Below the pieces are notes generated by a model. That model searched no databases, was not told the origin of the DNA, and saw nothing but the letters and a program-made list of their open reading frames with translations. Below are positions 30,985-41,743 of a stretch of 64,000 nt of DNA, piece after piece. Each line of letters begins with the position of its first letter. Position 1 is the stretch's first letter. This DNA is from Coleofasciculus sp. B1-GNL1-01. GTDB lineage: Bacteria > Cyanobacteriota > Cyanobacteriia > Cyanobacteriales > Coleofasciculaceae. The DNA lies in NCBI GenBank assembly GCA_040220235.1, contig JAVJTO010000044.1; one strand, given 5' to 3'. Made by a program: the position numbers and the translations under genes.

Positions 30985-32058
30985 ATGATCACATCCGAAA
31001 ACCCACCCCCCCAGAATCCACCACCGCCTATTGTCACCGATCCTGGCATTCTCCAAAAAACCCTGTTTGACGATTTTATTCAATCGGTGTTGGCAAATGG
31101 CGAAATGGTCATGCCTTGTATCCCAGCATTAACCGAGTATTACATCTGGCGGATAGGGGCGCTGTTTCAGGCGATTGATTCTCGTTTTAGCCAGGAACAA
31201 TTGCAGCAAGTGGGTCAAATGATTGCCAAGAATCTGGTCGAGGGATTTCGGATTTCTCCCCATAGCAGATTGCGTCTGAAATACGAACCCTCCCAACCCA
31301 CGAATGAGGGATACAAGTTCAAAACATCAATACTGGCTGCATCAGTTGTCGAGGAGTATCAGAAATGGGTTGACTCCCGACAGCCTTTGTTGTTTGGATC
31401 TGAGCCAAATGCGAAAGTGATGCAAGTAGCGGCACAGTTTGAAGATCCGACAACGGTAACGGTGTTAGATGTCGGTGCGGGAATAGGTCGCCATACCTTG
31501 GCTTTAGCCAGACAGGGTTATTCAGTCGATGCGTTAGAGTTATCCCCAACCTTTGTTGAACGGTTAAAAAATGCCGCCTCAACTGGACAAATTAACGTTA
31601 CCGTGGGTGATATCCTTGATCCACTGGTGAGAATGCCTCTGGCGCATTATCGTTTCGCGATCGGTGTAGAAGTCATTGCTGCTCATTGTCGAGATGTTGA
31701 GCAACTGCGATTATTTTTAGTCAAAATGTGCGATGTTCTCTGTTCAGAAGGACTATTACTCTTTGCTATTTTTCTATGTCAAGACGATTACGAACCTGAT
31801 CCGTTAACTCGACAGATTTCTCAACTCCACTGGACTTCTTTCTTTACACCGCAAGACTTAGCCAGTGCTATGGAAGGATTACCCCTTCAGCTCATTTCTA
31901 ATGAATCCTTTTTAGAGTACGAACGTGAACATCAATTGTCGGAAACAGGAACATTAACCGAGCAATTCTGCAACTGGGCAACAGGGGGGAATATATTAGT
32001 TCCTTCAGTGGAAAAACCTGTGGTGGAACTGCGATGGATTCTGGGTAAACGGATTTGA
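30985..32058 (+). CDS. Class I SAM-dependent methyltransferase
   Basis: VLDVGAGIGR motif I, VDALE. Confidence 0.85.
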   Translation: MITSENPPPQNPPPPIVTDPGILQKTLFDDFIQSVLANGEMVMPCIPALTEYYIWRIGALFQAIDSRFSQEQLQQVGQMIAKNLVEGFRISPHSRLRLKYEPSQPTNEGYKFKTSILAASVVEEYQKWVDSRQPLLFGSEPNAKVMQVAAQFEDPTTVTVLDVGAGIGRHTLALARQGYSVDALELSPTFVERLKNAASTGQINVTVGDILDPLVRMPLAHYRFAIGVEVIAAHCRDVEQLRLFLVKMCDVLCSEGLLLFAIFLCQDDYEPDPLTRQISQLHWTSFFTPQDLASAMEGLPLQLISNESFLEYEREHQLSETGTLTEQFCNWATGGNILVPSVEKPVVELRWILGKRI

Positions 32059-32182
32059 TTCAGGGCGTAAAATGCTTCAATATGATGTTTTCAGATACAC
32101 AAAAACTGTAGGGGCGCACTGACGTGCGCCCGCTTGAATTTAGTCCTGATTTTTGCGCTTGAGTATTTCTTGGTCGATATAG

Positions 32183-33592
32183 TCATCTAGATGGGGAATA
32201 TATTGCATGGCTTCCGCTTGGAGAACCTGATTGAGGCGGCAGATAATAACTGGCAATAATTGCCACCATCAACCACCATACTGTACTCACCTGAGGACGA
32301 TACCAAACTGTGTCCACTAAACCATGAGACAACATTCCCGCCATGGTAGCGATCGCGGCAATTAACCAGAAGCCTTGAGGATTTCGCAGGGTGCGGAGTC
32401 GGTTGATCAGTTGTACACCACGATTTACCGTAACCACAAGTAACCAGAGAAAGCAAAACAAGCCAATAAAACCTGTTTCTACCGCCACTTCCAAAAAGAT
32501 AGAATAGGCACTCAACGCGGTATATTTAGGACGTTGGTACAAGGGATAAATCTTATTAAACGCATCATTTCCCGAACCAATACCAATAATCGGGCGATCG
32601 CGAATCATATCAATCACCGCCGCCCACACATTCATCCGGAAATTATTACTACTATCTTCCCGCCCCGCAAAAATACTTGCCACTCGCACTCGCACCGGTT
32701 CAACAAATAGCACCGCCAGAATAATTACCGCCGCACAACTCCCCAGCATCGCAGGCATTGCCCAAGAACGCCATTTTTCTGGTAATTGGATACTATACCA
32801 ATACACGACCAGAACGGAGAAGATAAACAGACAGGCGACAAACCCAATCCAGCCGCCGCGACTAAACGTAAGAACCAGACAAGCGGAATTCACCACAAAC
32901 ATGGTTAAAGCTAACGCTTTTGGAAGCCATCTCGTCCAAGCAAACACCGCCGCTAAACTCAACGCCACAGCCGGAATCAAATAACCCGCTAATAGATTCG
33001 GATTCCCCAAATAGCTATAAACCCGCGTCAAATCCGCCGCCGCCGAATTAGTATCAGTCCAGGTTGCCAACGCTTCTGCGCCGAAAAACCACTGTCGTAT
33101 CCCGTAAACGCTAACAATTAACGAAATATGCAGGAAAACGCCGATTACCCACGAACGCAGACGGGTTGATCGGAGTACCCGTGCCATTAGCGCAAAGAGT
33201 AATAAGTATAGCGTTAGTTTCACCAACCCCTGACGGGCTGCCACTTTCACCGGGGACATGGCTGTGGCAACAGTGGCAATTGACCAATACAGTAACACCA
33301 ACAGATGAATCGGTGTCACCTGGGGGCGTTCTCTCTCATCCGAGACAGTCAGCAGTAGCCAAAACCCTGCACAAGCAATTAACAACACGCCGATGAGGGC
33401 GGTAGAGACAAAGGGCGCAAGCGCAAACACAATCGCCACAAGCAACGCGCCCAAGGGTTCCGCCCACTGAAGCAGCCAACTTCCCCGCCGCCAAGCTTGC
33501 AGCAATCCCACGACGCGATATAAATAGCTAGCGCCGCGCCACTGATAGAAACGTAAGTTCGATAGAGTAACCTGTTGCCACACTGAATTCAT
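32183..33592 (-). CDS. ictB: IctB-family membrane protein (O-antigen ligase-like)
   Basis: RVYSYLGNPNLLAGY, TFSRGGW, REDSSNNFRMNVW, ALSAYS. Confidence 0.93.
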   Translation of the reverse strand: MNSVWQQVTLSNLRFYQWRGASYLYRVVGLLQAWRRGSWLLQWAEPLGALLVAIVFALAPFVSTALIGVLLIACAGFWLLLTVSDERERPQVTPIHLLVLLYWSIATVATAMSPVKVAARQGLVKLTLYLLLFALMARVLRSTRLRSWVIGVFLHISLIVSVYGIRQWFFGAEALATWTDTNSAAADLTRVYSYLGNPNLLAGYLIPAVALSLAAVFAWTRWLPKALALTMFVVNSACLVLTFSRGGWIGFVACLFIFSVLVVYWYSIQLPEKWRSWAMPAMLGSCAAVIILAVLFVEPVRVRVASIFAGREDSSNNFRMNVWAAVIDMIRDRPIIGIGSGNDAFNKIYPLYQRPKYTALSAYSIFLEVAVETGFIGLFCFLWLLVVTVNRGVQLINRLRTLRNPQGFWLIAAIATMAGMLSHGLVDTVWYRPQVSTVWWLMVAIIASYYLPPQSGSPSGSHAIYSPSR

Positions 33593-33645
33593 AGATTGGT
33601 GATTGGTTGATTGTTTCCGATTTAGCCCACGATCGCACCTAAAAG

Positions 33646-33739
33646 CGATGGCACTGAAAATTTACATTTGGGAATCGCCGAAACCCCTGATATACCGTAG
33701 GGTGGGCATTGCCCACCAGCCTTAATGAGCCTGCCATTC
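33646..33739. mobile_element. MITE of the same family as 28847-28941, inverted
   Basis: Reverse-complement similarity including GTAGGGTGGGCATTGCCCACCAGCC. Confidence 0.75.
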
Positions 33740-34206
33740 CACCAAGCGAGCGATGCGTAGTTAAAATCCTGAGTAAGACATTATTCAATCAGCTTACTCC
33801 AGATGAAGTTAATCGACTTCAGGATAAGTTTTGGCAAGAGGCGGTGAAGCCCTGGAATGGTGCAAGATTTCAGGAGATATCACATCTGAACGTAGGGGCG
33901 CATAGACATGCGCCCTGATTGATGACGCCGCTGTGCGCCCTGATTCAATCAACCCTATATCAGGAAAACATCTAACTCTCAAGCAACACTTTCTAAGACA
34001 AAGGGTTGAGTAAAGGGCGACCCGATCAAAGTGAGTGGACGCCGTTGTTCATTTGGGCAAGCGGGTCGCCCCTACAGGAAAACTTATACTCGATCATGAT
34101 GCGATCGCGGATTCTAGATTCTCTGCCTTATCTCCCTGAATCCGGTTACTATAGGCAGATTATATTGATTCGGTAGGGACACGATACTATCGTGCCCTAA
34201 TCTCAT

Positions 34207-36741
34207 CTAATGTCTGACTCGTTCTAATAGCAACGCCTGAGTATCTCGCAACTCAAACGATCGCAGATCACTCACCTCCAATCCCGGAGAGGCGATCGCA
34301 ATCTGCCATTCGTCCAAATCCAGTTGCAGCCAGTCTCCCAGCGTCACGGTAACTGGATCACCACCCATGTGAGACACCATCGCCATCTGATACGGCTGAT
34401 CACTCGCCCCCTCCTCTGTCGGTTGTGTGCGTAAGCCATAGAAAAGGGTATAGTTATCCTCACTAATTCGATTAAACCGATCCAACCCCGATAAATTATG
34501 CCGCAGCCAGGGATGATCATGACGGAAACGCCGCAGGGTTAAATTAAACGCCGCTAATTCTGGCACCAAATACTCCTCATAATTCCATACATTACAAGCT
34601 TGGTGCATATCTTCCATAAACGCCCTAGCAAATACCTTCAGTTTCCCGACATCTAACTCAGTTAATACCTGGGATTTTTCTGGTACATTTAGCTTCTGTA
34701 ATTGTGCCGCTGATTTCCGCTGGGTTGCTTCCTGTTTAACGTCTTCTTTCTCTGACTCCGCCCCCAGATAACGCTGACATAAACTTGCCACTTCTTCTAA
34801 ATCATAATTCGTTTCTTCAATGGCGTCATAAAGTCCCCGCATAAACTGACGTAATTCATCAATCTTGCGGAACCCCATTTGCTTCAGCCGGGGGAAAATA
34901 GTGTCTTGGTCATTGTAAACATATTTTTCCACCTGCCAATCCAAAAATCCGGCTTCTTCCGCCGCCACTTTTACCCCATAGCGATCATCGGTATTGCGGA
35001 AAAAGCCCCAGGCGGATTCCAGGGTACAGTTAATAAAGTCCATCGGTAAACCGGGACTAAACCCATACACCCATAACGTCACCGCCGGATTATTATACGC
35101 CGTATTCAACACTTCCGGTAAACTTTTCCCCAAATTCCAATTAATCGGTAATCCGGGTTCTACCTGAGTTCCTCGGCGTAAGGTGTCATGGTTTCCACAG
35201 CCAGTAATCCAGTTTTCGCCAACCTGCATCACATCACAGACGCGACGCCATTTCTTATCCCAAAACTTCTGCAAACCGGGGGTATTATGGGCAAAGATTA
35301 ACGGACCCCACTGAAATGCATCGGGCATAAATTCAACAATATCCCGATAGGTGGAAATCTCTTCCCACCCTTCAGCGGGCCAGGGGCGTCCATCTTCAAA
35401 AATAGCAAACAGTCGCCGCTGATGTGAGCCAATGTCTTGCACCACTTCGCCCATATCTTTGAGGTAGGCGTCATCATATTCGACTCGCCCGGATAAGGGG
35501 TTAAAAAACTTGAAATCTTGGGCACCATCTACGCGAATCCCATCAACGCCAAAATTATTTTTCCGCCGCTGCATTTCTAATAAGATAGCCCGCACAACTG
35601 GATTTTGATGGTTTACATCTTGACCGTACATATTCGGTCCCTTGAGGAAGCGCCCATTCAGGACATCTAACGCCTGGTTATCTGCATGACCATACACAAT
35701 ATCAAAGATGACTTGGATTGGACCCGTGGGGAAGGTGTGCAGGGTACTAATAAACTCCACTAATTCATCCGGGCGCAAGGTTTCCAGGACAGAGGGATTG
35801 GTCGCTGAAGACCCAAAAATAACGATATCATAACCCCAGTTTTGGATATCCGGTTTTTTCAGAGTGATTTTAATGTCCTCAGTTTCGTAATCTACCTGTT
35901 CAGTTTCCGGGTCGATTTCATCCAAGTCATCTTCATTGAAGATAAAAAAACCTTGTCCCAACTCATGTTCCATCCGATATTCTACCGTGGGTTCAATCGG
36001 GAGAAGTTGCACCGCGTCATAGCCGATGTAACATTGTTCGGCTGGGGTTAAAGCGTCATTGGCGTTAATTTTTTCCGCAATCCGTTGATAGATACGGGTT
36101 AATCCGGCTAGCGTTCCTTCTTTAGCGGCGGTGGTAATATGAATTTGTAAAATATTACGCGGTGGATGAACGCGAATAATCCCGGATTCATCGGCGTCCC
36201 CTTGACCTAAATACTCCAAGTCGCTACGTTTTTCTTGCAACTGATTCAGGTCATAGACTTCGGCGGGGGCGTAAACACCGTAAGGTAAGGAATAGGCTAA
36301 AACATCGCCAATGGTTTGGATTTCATTCTGGAAATCTAAGTATTTTAGCCAATAGAAGGAACCCATCTGGTCTTTGGTTCCCGGACGCATTCCAGAAACG
36401 ACGCCCCAGAAATATTCGCCGTGTTTTTCTAGTTGCAGGTGTTCCCGATGAACTTTGACCTTTTGGTTGGGTAAGGTGGGGTCAATTTTGTTCAGGGGGG
36501 TGAGAACTTCTAGATAAATGTTCTTGGGTTGGAACATATCTGCCCCTAATTCCGGTGCCCAGAAGCCTATTTCGGTAAGTCCATCGGCACGATAATGGGC
36601 ACCGAGACGGGTGGCTAATGTTTTGGCTTTGTGAAATATGGTGTCGTTGGATTGTTGAACGCTATCTGCCCAATCGAGGAGTTTTTGGGTTTCGTCGGCG
36701 ATTAAGGTGATGGGTGTTCTTTTGGTTGCAGTTTTTGTCAT
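34207..36741 (-). CDS. gghA: Glucosylglycerol hydrolase (Slr1670-like)
   Basis: LATRLGAHY..DGLTEIGFW, GYDAVQLLPIEPT, RVDGAQDF, EDGRPWP, GCGNHDT. Confidence 0.85.
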   Translation of the reverse strand: MTKTATKRTPITLIADETQKLLDWADSVQQSNDTIFHKAKTLATRLGAHYRADGLTEIGFWAPELGADMFQPKNIYLEVLTPLNKIDPTLPNQKVKVHREHLQLEKHGEYFWGVVSGMRPGTKDQMGSFYWLKYLDFQNEIQTIGDVLAYSLPYGVYAPAEVYDLNQLQEKRSDLEYLGQGDADESGIIRVHPPRNILQIHITTAAKEGTLAGLTRIYQRIAEKINANDALTPAEQCYIGYDAVQLLPIEPTVEYRMEHELGQGFFIFNEDDLDEIDPETEQVDYETEDIKITLKKPDIQNWGYDIVIFGSSATNPSVLETLRPDELVEFISTLHTFPTGPIQVIFDIVYGHADNQALDVLNGRFLKGPNMYGQDVNHQNPVVRAILLEMQRRKNNFGVDGIRVDGAQDFKFFNPLSGRVEYDDAYLKDMGEVVQDIGSHQRRLFAIFEDGRPWPAEGWEEISTYRDIVEFMPDAFQWGPLIFAHNTPGLQKFWDKKWRRVCDVMQVGENWITGCGNHDTLRRGTQVEPGLPINWNLGKSLPEVLNTAYNNPAVTLWVYGFSPGLPMDFINCTLESAWGFFRNTDDRYGVKVAAEEAGFLDWQVEKYVYNDQDTIFPRLKQMGFRKIDELRQFMRGLYDAIEETNYDLEEVASLCQRYLGAESEKEDVKQEATQRKSAAQLQKLNVPEKSQVLTELDVGKLKVFARAFMEDMHQACNVWNYEEYLVPELAAFNLTLRRFRHDHPWLRHNLSGLDRFNRISEDNYTLFYGLRTQPTEEGASDQPYQMAMVSHMGGDPVTVTLGDWLQLDLDEWQIAIASPGLEVSDLRSFELRDTQALLLERVRH

Positions 36742-36937
36742 GTTTCCCTGGTTATTGATTAACAAAAGATTCGTTTTTATCCTGTAAGCGGTGGCAGGAT
36801 TTTTCAACGCAGAGGTTCGCAGAGGTTCGCGCAGAGGGGCGCAGAGGGTTTTTGGGTAAGGCTACATGACCGTGCGCCTACTGTCCAGTTAAACCTTTAC
36901 AAAGGACAAATGACTAATGACTAATGACTCTCTCCGA

Positions 36938-39202
36938 CTACTTATTCCGATCTAATTTCAGAATTAAAACGCCTAAGGGTGGCAAGCACAAGTCAATATA
37001 ATAAGACCAGCGAGGATGAGACCATTCCCCTGTCCATCGACCCCCCATATTCCCCATATTGCTACCGCCGTAATCTTCAGCATCGCTGTTCAAGACTTCC
37101 GCATAGAAACCGGGTTCGGGGACACCCACCCAATAGTCGGGATGAGGTTGAGGGGTAAAGTTACAGACGGTGACGATAAAGTCATCCGAGTCTTTTGCTT
37201 TGCGAATAAATGAGACGACGCTATTGTCGGCATCGTTACAGTCAATCCACTCAAACCCTTGATGGGAAAAGTCTTGGCTATAGAGGGCGGGTTCACTTTT
37301 ATATAGGTGATTTAAATCCGCCATAAATCGCTTCAGTTGTTGGTGGGGTTCATGTTGCAACGCGCCCCAATCTAAGTCTGCCCAAGCATTCCACTCATTC
37401 CGTTGTCCAAATTCCATGCCCATAAATAGGGTTTTCTTACCGGGATGGGTGTACATGTAGGCATATAAACAGCGGAGATTGGCAAATTTCTGCCAGTCAT
37501 CTCCTGGCATTTTACTCAATAGGTTGCCTTTTCCGTGGACGACTTCATCATGAGATAGCGCCAGCATAAAGTTTTCACTGAAGGCATACATGATGCTGAA
37601 CGTGACATTATTTTGGTGGTAGGGACGATACAGGGGATCTTTGGCAAAATAATCCAACATATCGTGCATCCAGCCCATATTCCACTTGAAGCTGAAGCCT
37701 AAGCCGCCCAAATAGGTGGGACGAGAGACGAGGGGCCAAGCGGTGGATTCTTCAGCAATGGAGAGGATACCGGGATAATAGCCGAATATCTGATAATTCA
37801 GATAGCGCAAAAAGTCGGCGGCTTCTAGGTTTTCGTTACCCCCATACTGATTCGGTACCCATTCCCCATCTTTGCGATCGTAGTCCAGGTATAACATGGA
37901 CGCCACCGCATCCACGCGAATCCCGTCAATATGATAGCGGTCAAACCAGAACAGGGCATTGGCAACCAAAAAGTTGCGAACTTCATTCCGGGCGTAGTTG
38001 AAGACTAAGGTTCCCCATTCCTTATGTTCCCCTTTGCGGGGATCAGCATGTTCGTAAAGATGCGTACCATCAAAGAAGGCTAACCCGTGAGTATCTTTGG
38101 GAAAATGACCCGGAACCCAATCCACAATCACGCCAATATCATTTTGGTGACATTGGTCGATGAAATACATCAAGTCTTGAGGCGTGCCATACCGGGAGGT
38201 GCAGGTGTAGTATCCGGCAACCTGATACCCCCAAGACCCATCATAAGGGTGTTCGGCAACGGGGAGAAGTTCGACGTGGGTGAATCCCAGTTCTTTGACA
38301 TAAGGAATTAGGCGATCGGCTAATTCCCGATAGGTGAGGAAGCGTCCTTCGGGTTTCTGGGAGACTTTCACCACGGGGCGAGTTTCCCCATCCGGGAATT
38401 CGGGCGGCGTCTCGGCACTCTCATGCAACCATGAACCCAAGTGAACCTCATAAACAGAAATGGGTTGTTCTTGGGGGTCAGTATGGCGACGCCGTTCTAG
38501 CCAGTCTTCGTCGTGCCAAGTGTAGTCTAGGCTATTGACAATTGACGCGGTTTGGGGTCTAATCTCCTGTTCAAAGCCGTAGGGGTCGGATTTGTGATAA
38601 ATATGTCCGACGTGGTTTTTCACTTCATACTTATAGTGTTCTCCGACACCAATTTCCGGGATAAACAGTTGCCAAATCCCGTTCCCCAGTTGGCGCATCT
38701 GATGTTCGCGTCCATCCCAGTTATTGAAATCACCGATAACGGAAACATTACGGGCGTTGGGTGCCCAGACGGCAAAGTGAACCCCTTGGACGCCATTAAA
38801 TTCTGTAGGGTGAGCACCCAATTTTTCGTAAATGCGATGATGATTGCCTTCGGCAAATAGGTGAATATCAAAATCTGTCAAACGCGGTGAACGAAAGGCG
38901 TAGGGGTCATAGATGACTCGTTCATGTTCGCCTTCTTTAATCCGCAGTTGGTAGTTGGCTAATTCCGGTATCTCAATCTCACATTCAAATAAATGAGGAT
39001 GACTGACAGCCTGCATCGGGTATTCTTCCCGTTCCGTGGGACGAATCACCCAAGCGGCGTCGGCTTTCGGCAGGTAAGCCCGCACAACCCAGCTTGTTTT
39101 ACCCTCCCGTTCAACGGGATGAGACCCAAGAATTTCAAAGGGATCATGGTGTCGATTACTCACAATCCGATCGATTTGATCTGGGGAGATGGTTATTGTC
39201 AT
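36938..39202 (-). CDS. glgB: 1,4-alpha-glucan branching enzyme
   Basis: FAVWAPNA, SWGYQ, RVDAVASM, AEESTAW, LSHDEVVHGK. Confidence 0.97.
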   Translation of the reverse strand: MTITISPDQIDRIVSNRHHDPFEILGSHPVEREGKTSWVVRAYLPKADAAWVIRPTEREEYPMQAVSHPHLFECEIEIPELANYQLRIKEGEHERVIYDPYAFRSPRLTDFDIHLFAEGNHHRIYEKLGAHPTEFNGVQGVHFAVWAPNARNVSVIGDFNNWDGREHQMRQLGNGIWQLFIPEIGVGEHYKYEVKNHVGHIYHKSDPYGFEQEIRPQTASIVNSLDYTWHDEDWLERRRHTDPQEQPISVYEVHLGSWLHESAETPPEFPDGETRPVVKVSQKPEGRFLTYRELADRLIPYVKELGFTHVELLPVAEHPYDGSWGYQVAGYYTCTSRYGTPQDLMYFIDQCHQNDIGVIVDWVPGHFPKDTHGLAFFDGTHLYEHADPRKGEHKEWGTLVFNYARNEVRNFLVANALFWFDRYHIDGIRVDAVASMLYLDYDRKDGEWVPNQYGGNENLEAADFLRYLNYQIFGYYPGILSIAEESTAWPLVSRPTYLGGLGFSFKWNMGWMHDMLDYFAKDPLYRPYHQNNVTFSIMYAFSENFMLALSHDEVVHGKGNLLSKMPGDDWQKFANLRCLYAYMYTHPGKKTLFMGMEFGQRNEWNAWADLDWGALQHEPHQQLKRFMADLNHLYKSEPALYSQDFSHQGFEWIDCNDADNSVVSFIRKAKDSDDFIVTVCNFTPQPHPDYWVGVPEPGFYAEVLNSDAEDYGGSNMGNMGGRWTGEWSHPRWSYYIDLCLPPLGVLILKLDRNK

Positions 39203-39401
39203 GGCGTTACCTTGTTTAACTTCCCAGACTTAATAGTAATCAAGATTTCTCCACTGGTACAATTTTGGGGGATTGGGGAAGGTGAGAGAATTATACCAAA
39301 TCCGAGGACAGAAACCCCCCTTATCCCTTGGCGGCTCTTGCCTGTTGCCTGTTACCTGTTGCCTGATAAAATCAGATAAAACACCATTTCCCAGGTCAAC
39401 A

Positions 39402-39749
39402 TTGAAACAACTCGTTGAATTTTCCCTAGACGATGACTCTACGTTCTTAGTCGAGGTAGATGAACCCGAAACGACGGCGGTTGAACGAGTCGCGTTACCC
39501 TCAGGACGTTTAGCCCTCAAAGCCCAACGTTCCTTTGATCAAGCACTAGATACGATTAAGCCTGTCGCCTCTAAAATTATTTCTAAACTAAACGATCTCA
39601 ACACGCCCGCCGATGAAGTGGAAGTCAAATTTGGACTAAAGTTAACCGCTGATGCAGGGGCAGTCTTTACCTCAGTCGGCGGCGAAGTCAGCTATGAAAT
39701 TACATTGAAGTGGAATCAGTCTCAGTCAAGGAAACGCGATGGCAGATAA
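39402..39749 (+). CDS. Trypsin-co-occurring domain protein (Trypco1 / CU044_2847-like)
   Basis: LVEFSLDD..FLVEV...ADEVEVKFGLKL...GEVSYEITLKW; overlaps the trypsin gene; TTG start assumed. Confidence 0.8.
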   Translation: MKQLVEFSLDDDSTFLVEVDEPETTAVERVALPSGRLALKAQRSFDQALDTIKPVASKIISKLNDLNTPADEVEVKFGLKLTADAGAVFTSVGGEVSYEITLKWNQSQSRKRDGR

Positions 39750-40605
39750 CTCCGCTTACCTAAATGCCTTTAAAACCGGGATTATTCGCATATCCCACGC
39801 CAATGGAGTTGTGGTTGGGGCAGGGTTTCTGGTATTTCCTAATTATGTGCTAACCTGCGCCCATCTGGTAGCTCAAGCGCTGACAATTCCCCCAAATACT
39901 CCCGATATGCCAACGGGTTTGATTGATCTAGATTTTCCTTTAATTGCACCGGGAAAGAAAATTAAAGCAAGGGTAGAGTTTTGGCAACCCGTGAATCCTG
40001 CGGTAGCTGGAGAAGATATTGCCGGATTAAAGTTGGAGGATAAATGTCCGCCGGGAGTGCAACCTGTGCGATTGGTTACAGCAGACGATGTTTGGCAACA
40101 TTCAGTACGGGTGTTTGGCTTTCCCAGTGGACATCCTGATGGCGTTTGGGCGACAGGGGTACTGCGCGGGGAATTAGGCAATGGATGGATACAAATGGAA
40201 GCGGTTAATGTCCCCGGTTATCGAGTAGAACCGGGCTTTAGTGGTGCGCCCGTGTGGGATGAAACCTTGTCGGGAGTTGTCGGGATGGCGGTGGCGGCGG
40301 AACGACAACGGGATGGGGTTAAGGCAGCGTTTATGATTCCCACAAAGGTGTTGAGTCAAGCTTGGTCGATGCTCGGTCAATTTGTTCACACGGCAATGAA
40401 ACCTAAACCCGCATTGAGTTTAGTTCAGCAAGCAAAAGCTAGAACTCGACAGAAAACTTTGGAAAGTTTAATAGCTGATTATGAAAATACTTATAATCAA
40501 TTGAATTATACATCAAATGCCGCTGAGCGCAACATGATTAAACGACAGTGTGATGTTCTTGAGCAGGAAATGACCGAAGTCGCCAACGTACTTGATGCAT
40601 TATGA
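39739..40605 (+). CDS. Trypsin-like serine peptidase with C-terminal effector-associated (EAD9-like) helical domain
   Basis: Catalytic triad LTCAH / EDIA / GFSGAPV; C-terminal LIADYE..YNQLNYT..AERN.IKRQ. Confidence 0.88.
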   Translation: MADNSAYLNAFKTGIIRISHANGVVVGAGFLVFPNYVLTCAHLVAQALTIPPNTPDMPTGLIDLDFPLIAPGKKIKARVEFWQPVNPAVAGEDIAGLKLEDKCPPGVQPVRLVTADDVWQHSVRVFGFPSGHPDGVWATGVLRGELGNGWIQMEAVNVPGYRVEPGFSGAPVWDETLSGVVGMAVAAERQRDGVKAAFMIPTKVLSQAWSMLGQFVHTAMKPKPALSLVQQAKARTRQKTLESLIADYENTYNQLNYTSNAAERNMIKRQCDVLEQEMTEVANVLDAL

Positions 40606-40728
40606 ATCATGAATTAAAATTTTCTATTCCCTGTATTTCGACCAGCCTGTTGGTAGAGACGTTGCAGGCAACGTCTCTACAATCTAGGAAAAAATGGTTC
40701 TATAATAATGTCAGATTGGGTATGATCA

Positions 40729-41739
40729 ATGACCAATGCCATAAGCACTAAGAAAAAGATGCTTCAGGCTCGGCTTGACCAATTAATAGTGGATTATGAG
40801 AGTCTATATCAGCAATTAAATTACACCCAAAATCAAGCCGATCGCAATCAGCTTAAGCGACAAGCAGAGGATGTATTTCATGAGATGGAAAGGGTGGAAG
40901 CCCAACTGAATCAATGTCAGTCATCTAATACAACTTACAACGACAATTATAAGAACTGGGAAAACCATTTACCTAAGATTAATTATTCTCAAGCCAGTAA
41001 ACTGTTTAATCGCATTTTTGACCACTTTGGCGAAAAAGGGGGCGCTGTCTTTTTCTTACTCCAGAATTGTCATCCCATGGGTGGAAAGTGGTGCATGGAA
41101 AAGATTAAAACTTCTCTCAAGGATAAAGGGGTGTGGAGTCCCCGTGCGGTCGGCTTTGCCGCCTGGGAACAGCCGAATCCCACAGATTTTATCCAGCGCT
41201 TGGGGGCTAGCTTTAACCTGGAAGATAATACCAGTCCGGTAGAAGTCGCGACTCAACGCCTAATCGATAAAATTTATAACTCTTTGCAAATTGACAGCAC
41301 CGTATTTCTGGAGATTCGACTCTTCTCCCTGGATAGCCAATCTGACTTTTTAGCCTGGTTAATTCCTCAATTCTGGATTCCTTTAATCAGCCGCTTACCA
41401 TTAATTCGCCAAGACCTTCCCTTGGTTAAATTTGTTACCGTTATGGTGGTGGAGACGAAAATTCCTCAAACTTGTCGGTCTCCCGCTCTATTTTGTCAAG
41501 GGGGTAAGTTGAGTAGCAAGAAGATTATTGAACTAAAATTAGGCAACTGGACGGAGAAAGAAATCAGAACTTGGTTATATCGATACTCCGGTTTGGCGAC
41601 GCCTAATATAGGGCGGACGCCAAGGGAAATTGAGCAGATGTCTCGTATGGTTTACCAAGTGAGCCAAGGTAGACCGATTGATGTTTATAGTTACCTTATG
41701 AACGAGTTGACTCGGGCTTTCGGAGTTGGAGGGAATTGA
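40729..41739 (+). CDS. EAD9-like domain plus inactive-STAND (iSTAND)-like protein
   Basis: N-terminal LIVDYESLYQQLNYTQNQADRNQLKRQ matches the trypsin C-terminus; no intact Walker A; lies directly before MoxR. Confidence 0.7.
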   Translation: MTNAISTKKKMLQARLDQLIVDYESLYQQLNYTQNQADRNQLKRQAEDVFHEMERVEAQLNQCQSSNTTYNDNYKNWENHLPKINYSQASKLFNRIFDHFGEKGGAVFFLLQNCHPMGGKWCMEKIKTSLKDKGVWSPRAVGFAAWEQPNPTDFIQRLGASFNLEDNTSPVEVATQRLIDKIYNSLQIDSTVFLEIRLFSLDSQSDFLAWLIPQFWIPLISRLPLIRQDLPLVKFVTVMVVETKIPQTCRSPALFCQGGKLSSKKIIELKLGNWTEKEIRTWLYRYSGLATPNIGRTPREIEQMSRMVYQVSQGRPIDVYSYLMNELTRAFGVGGN

Positions 41740-41743
41740 TGTC

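Noticed and set aside
33709..33918. 69-aa ORF upstream of ictB
   Set aside because: Starts inside a MITE and ends in a REP; at most a gene fragment.
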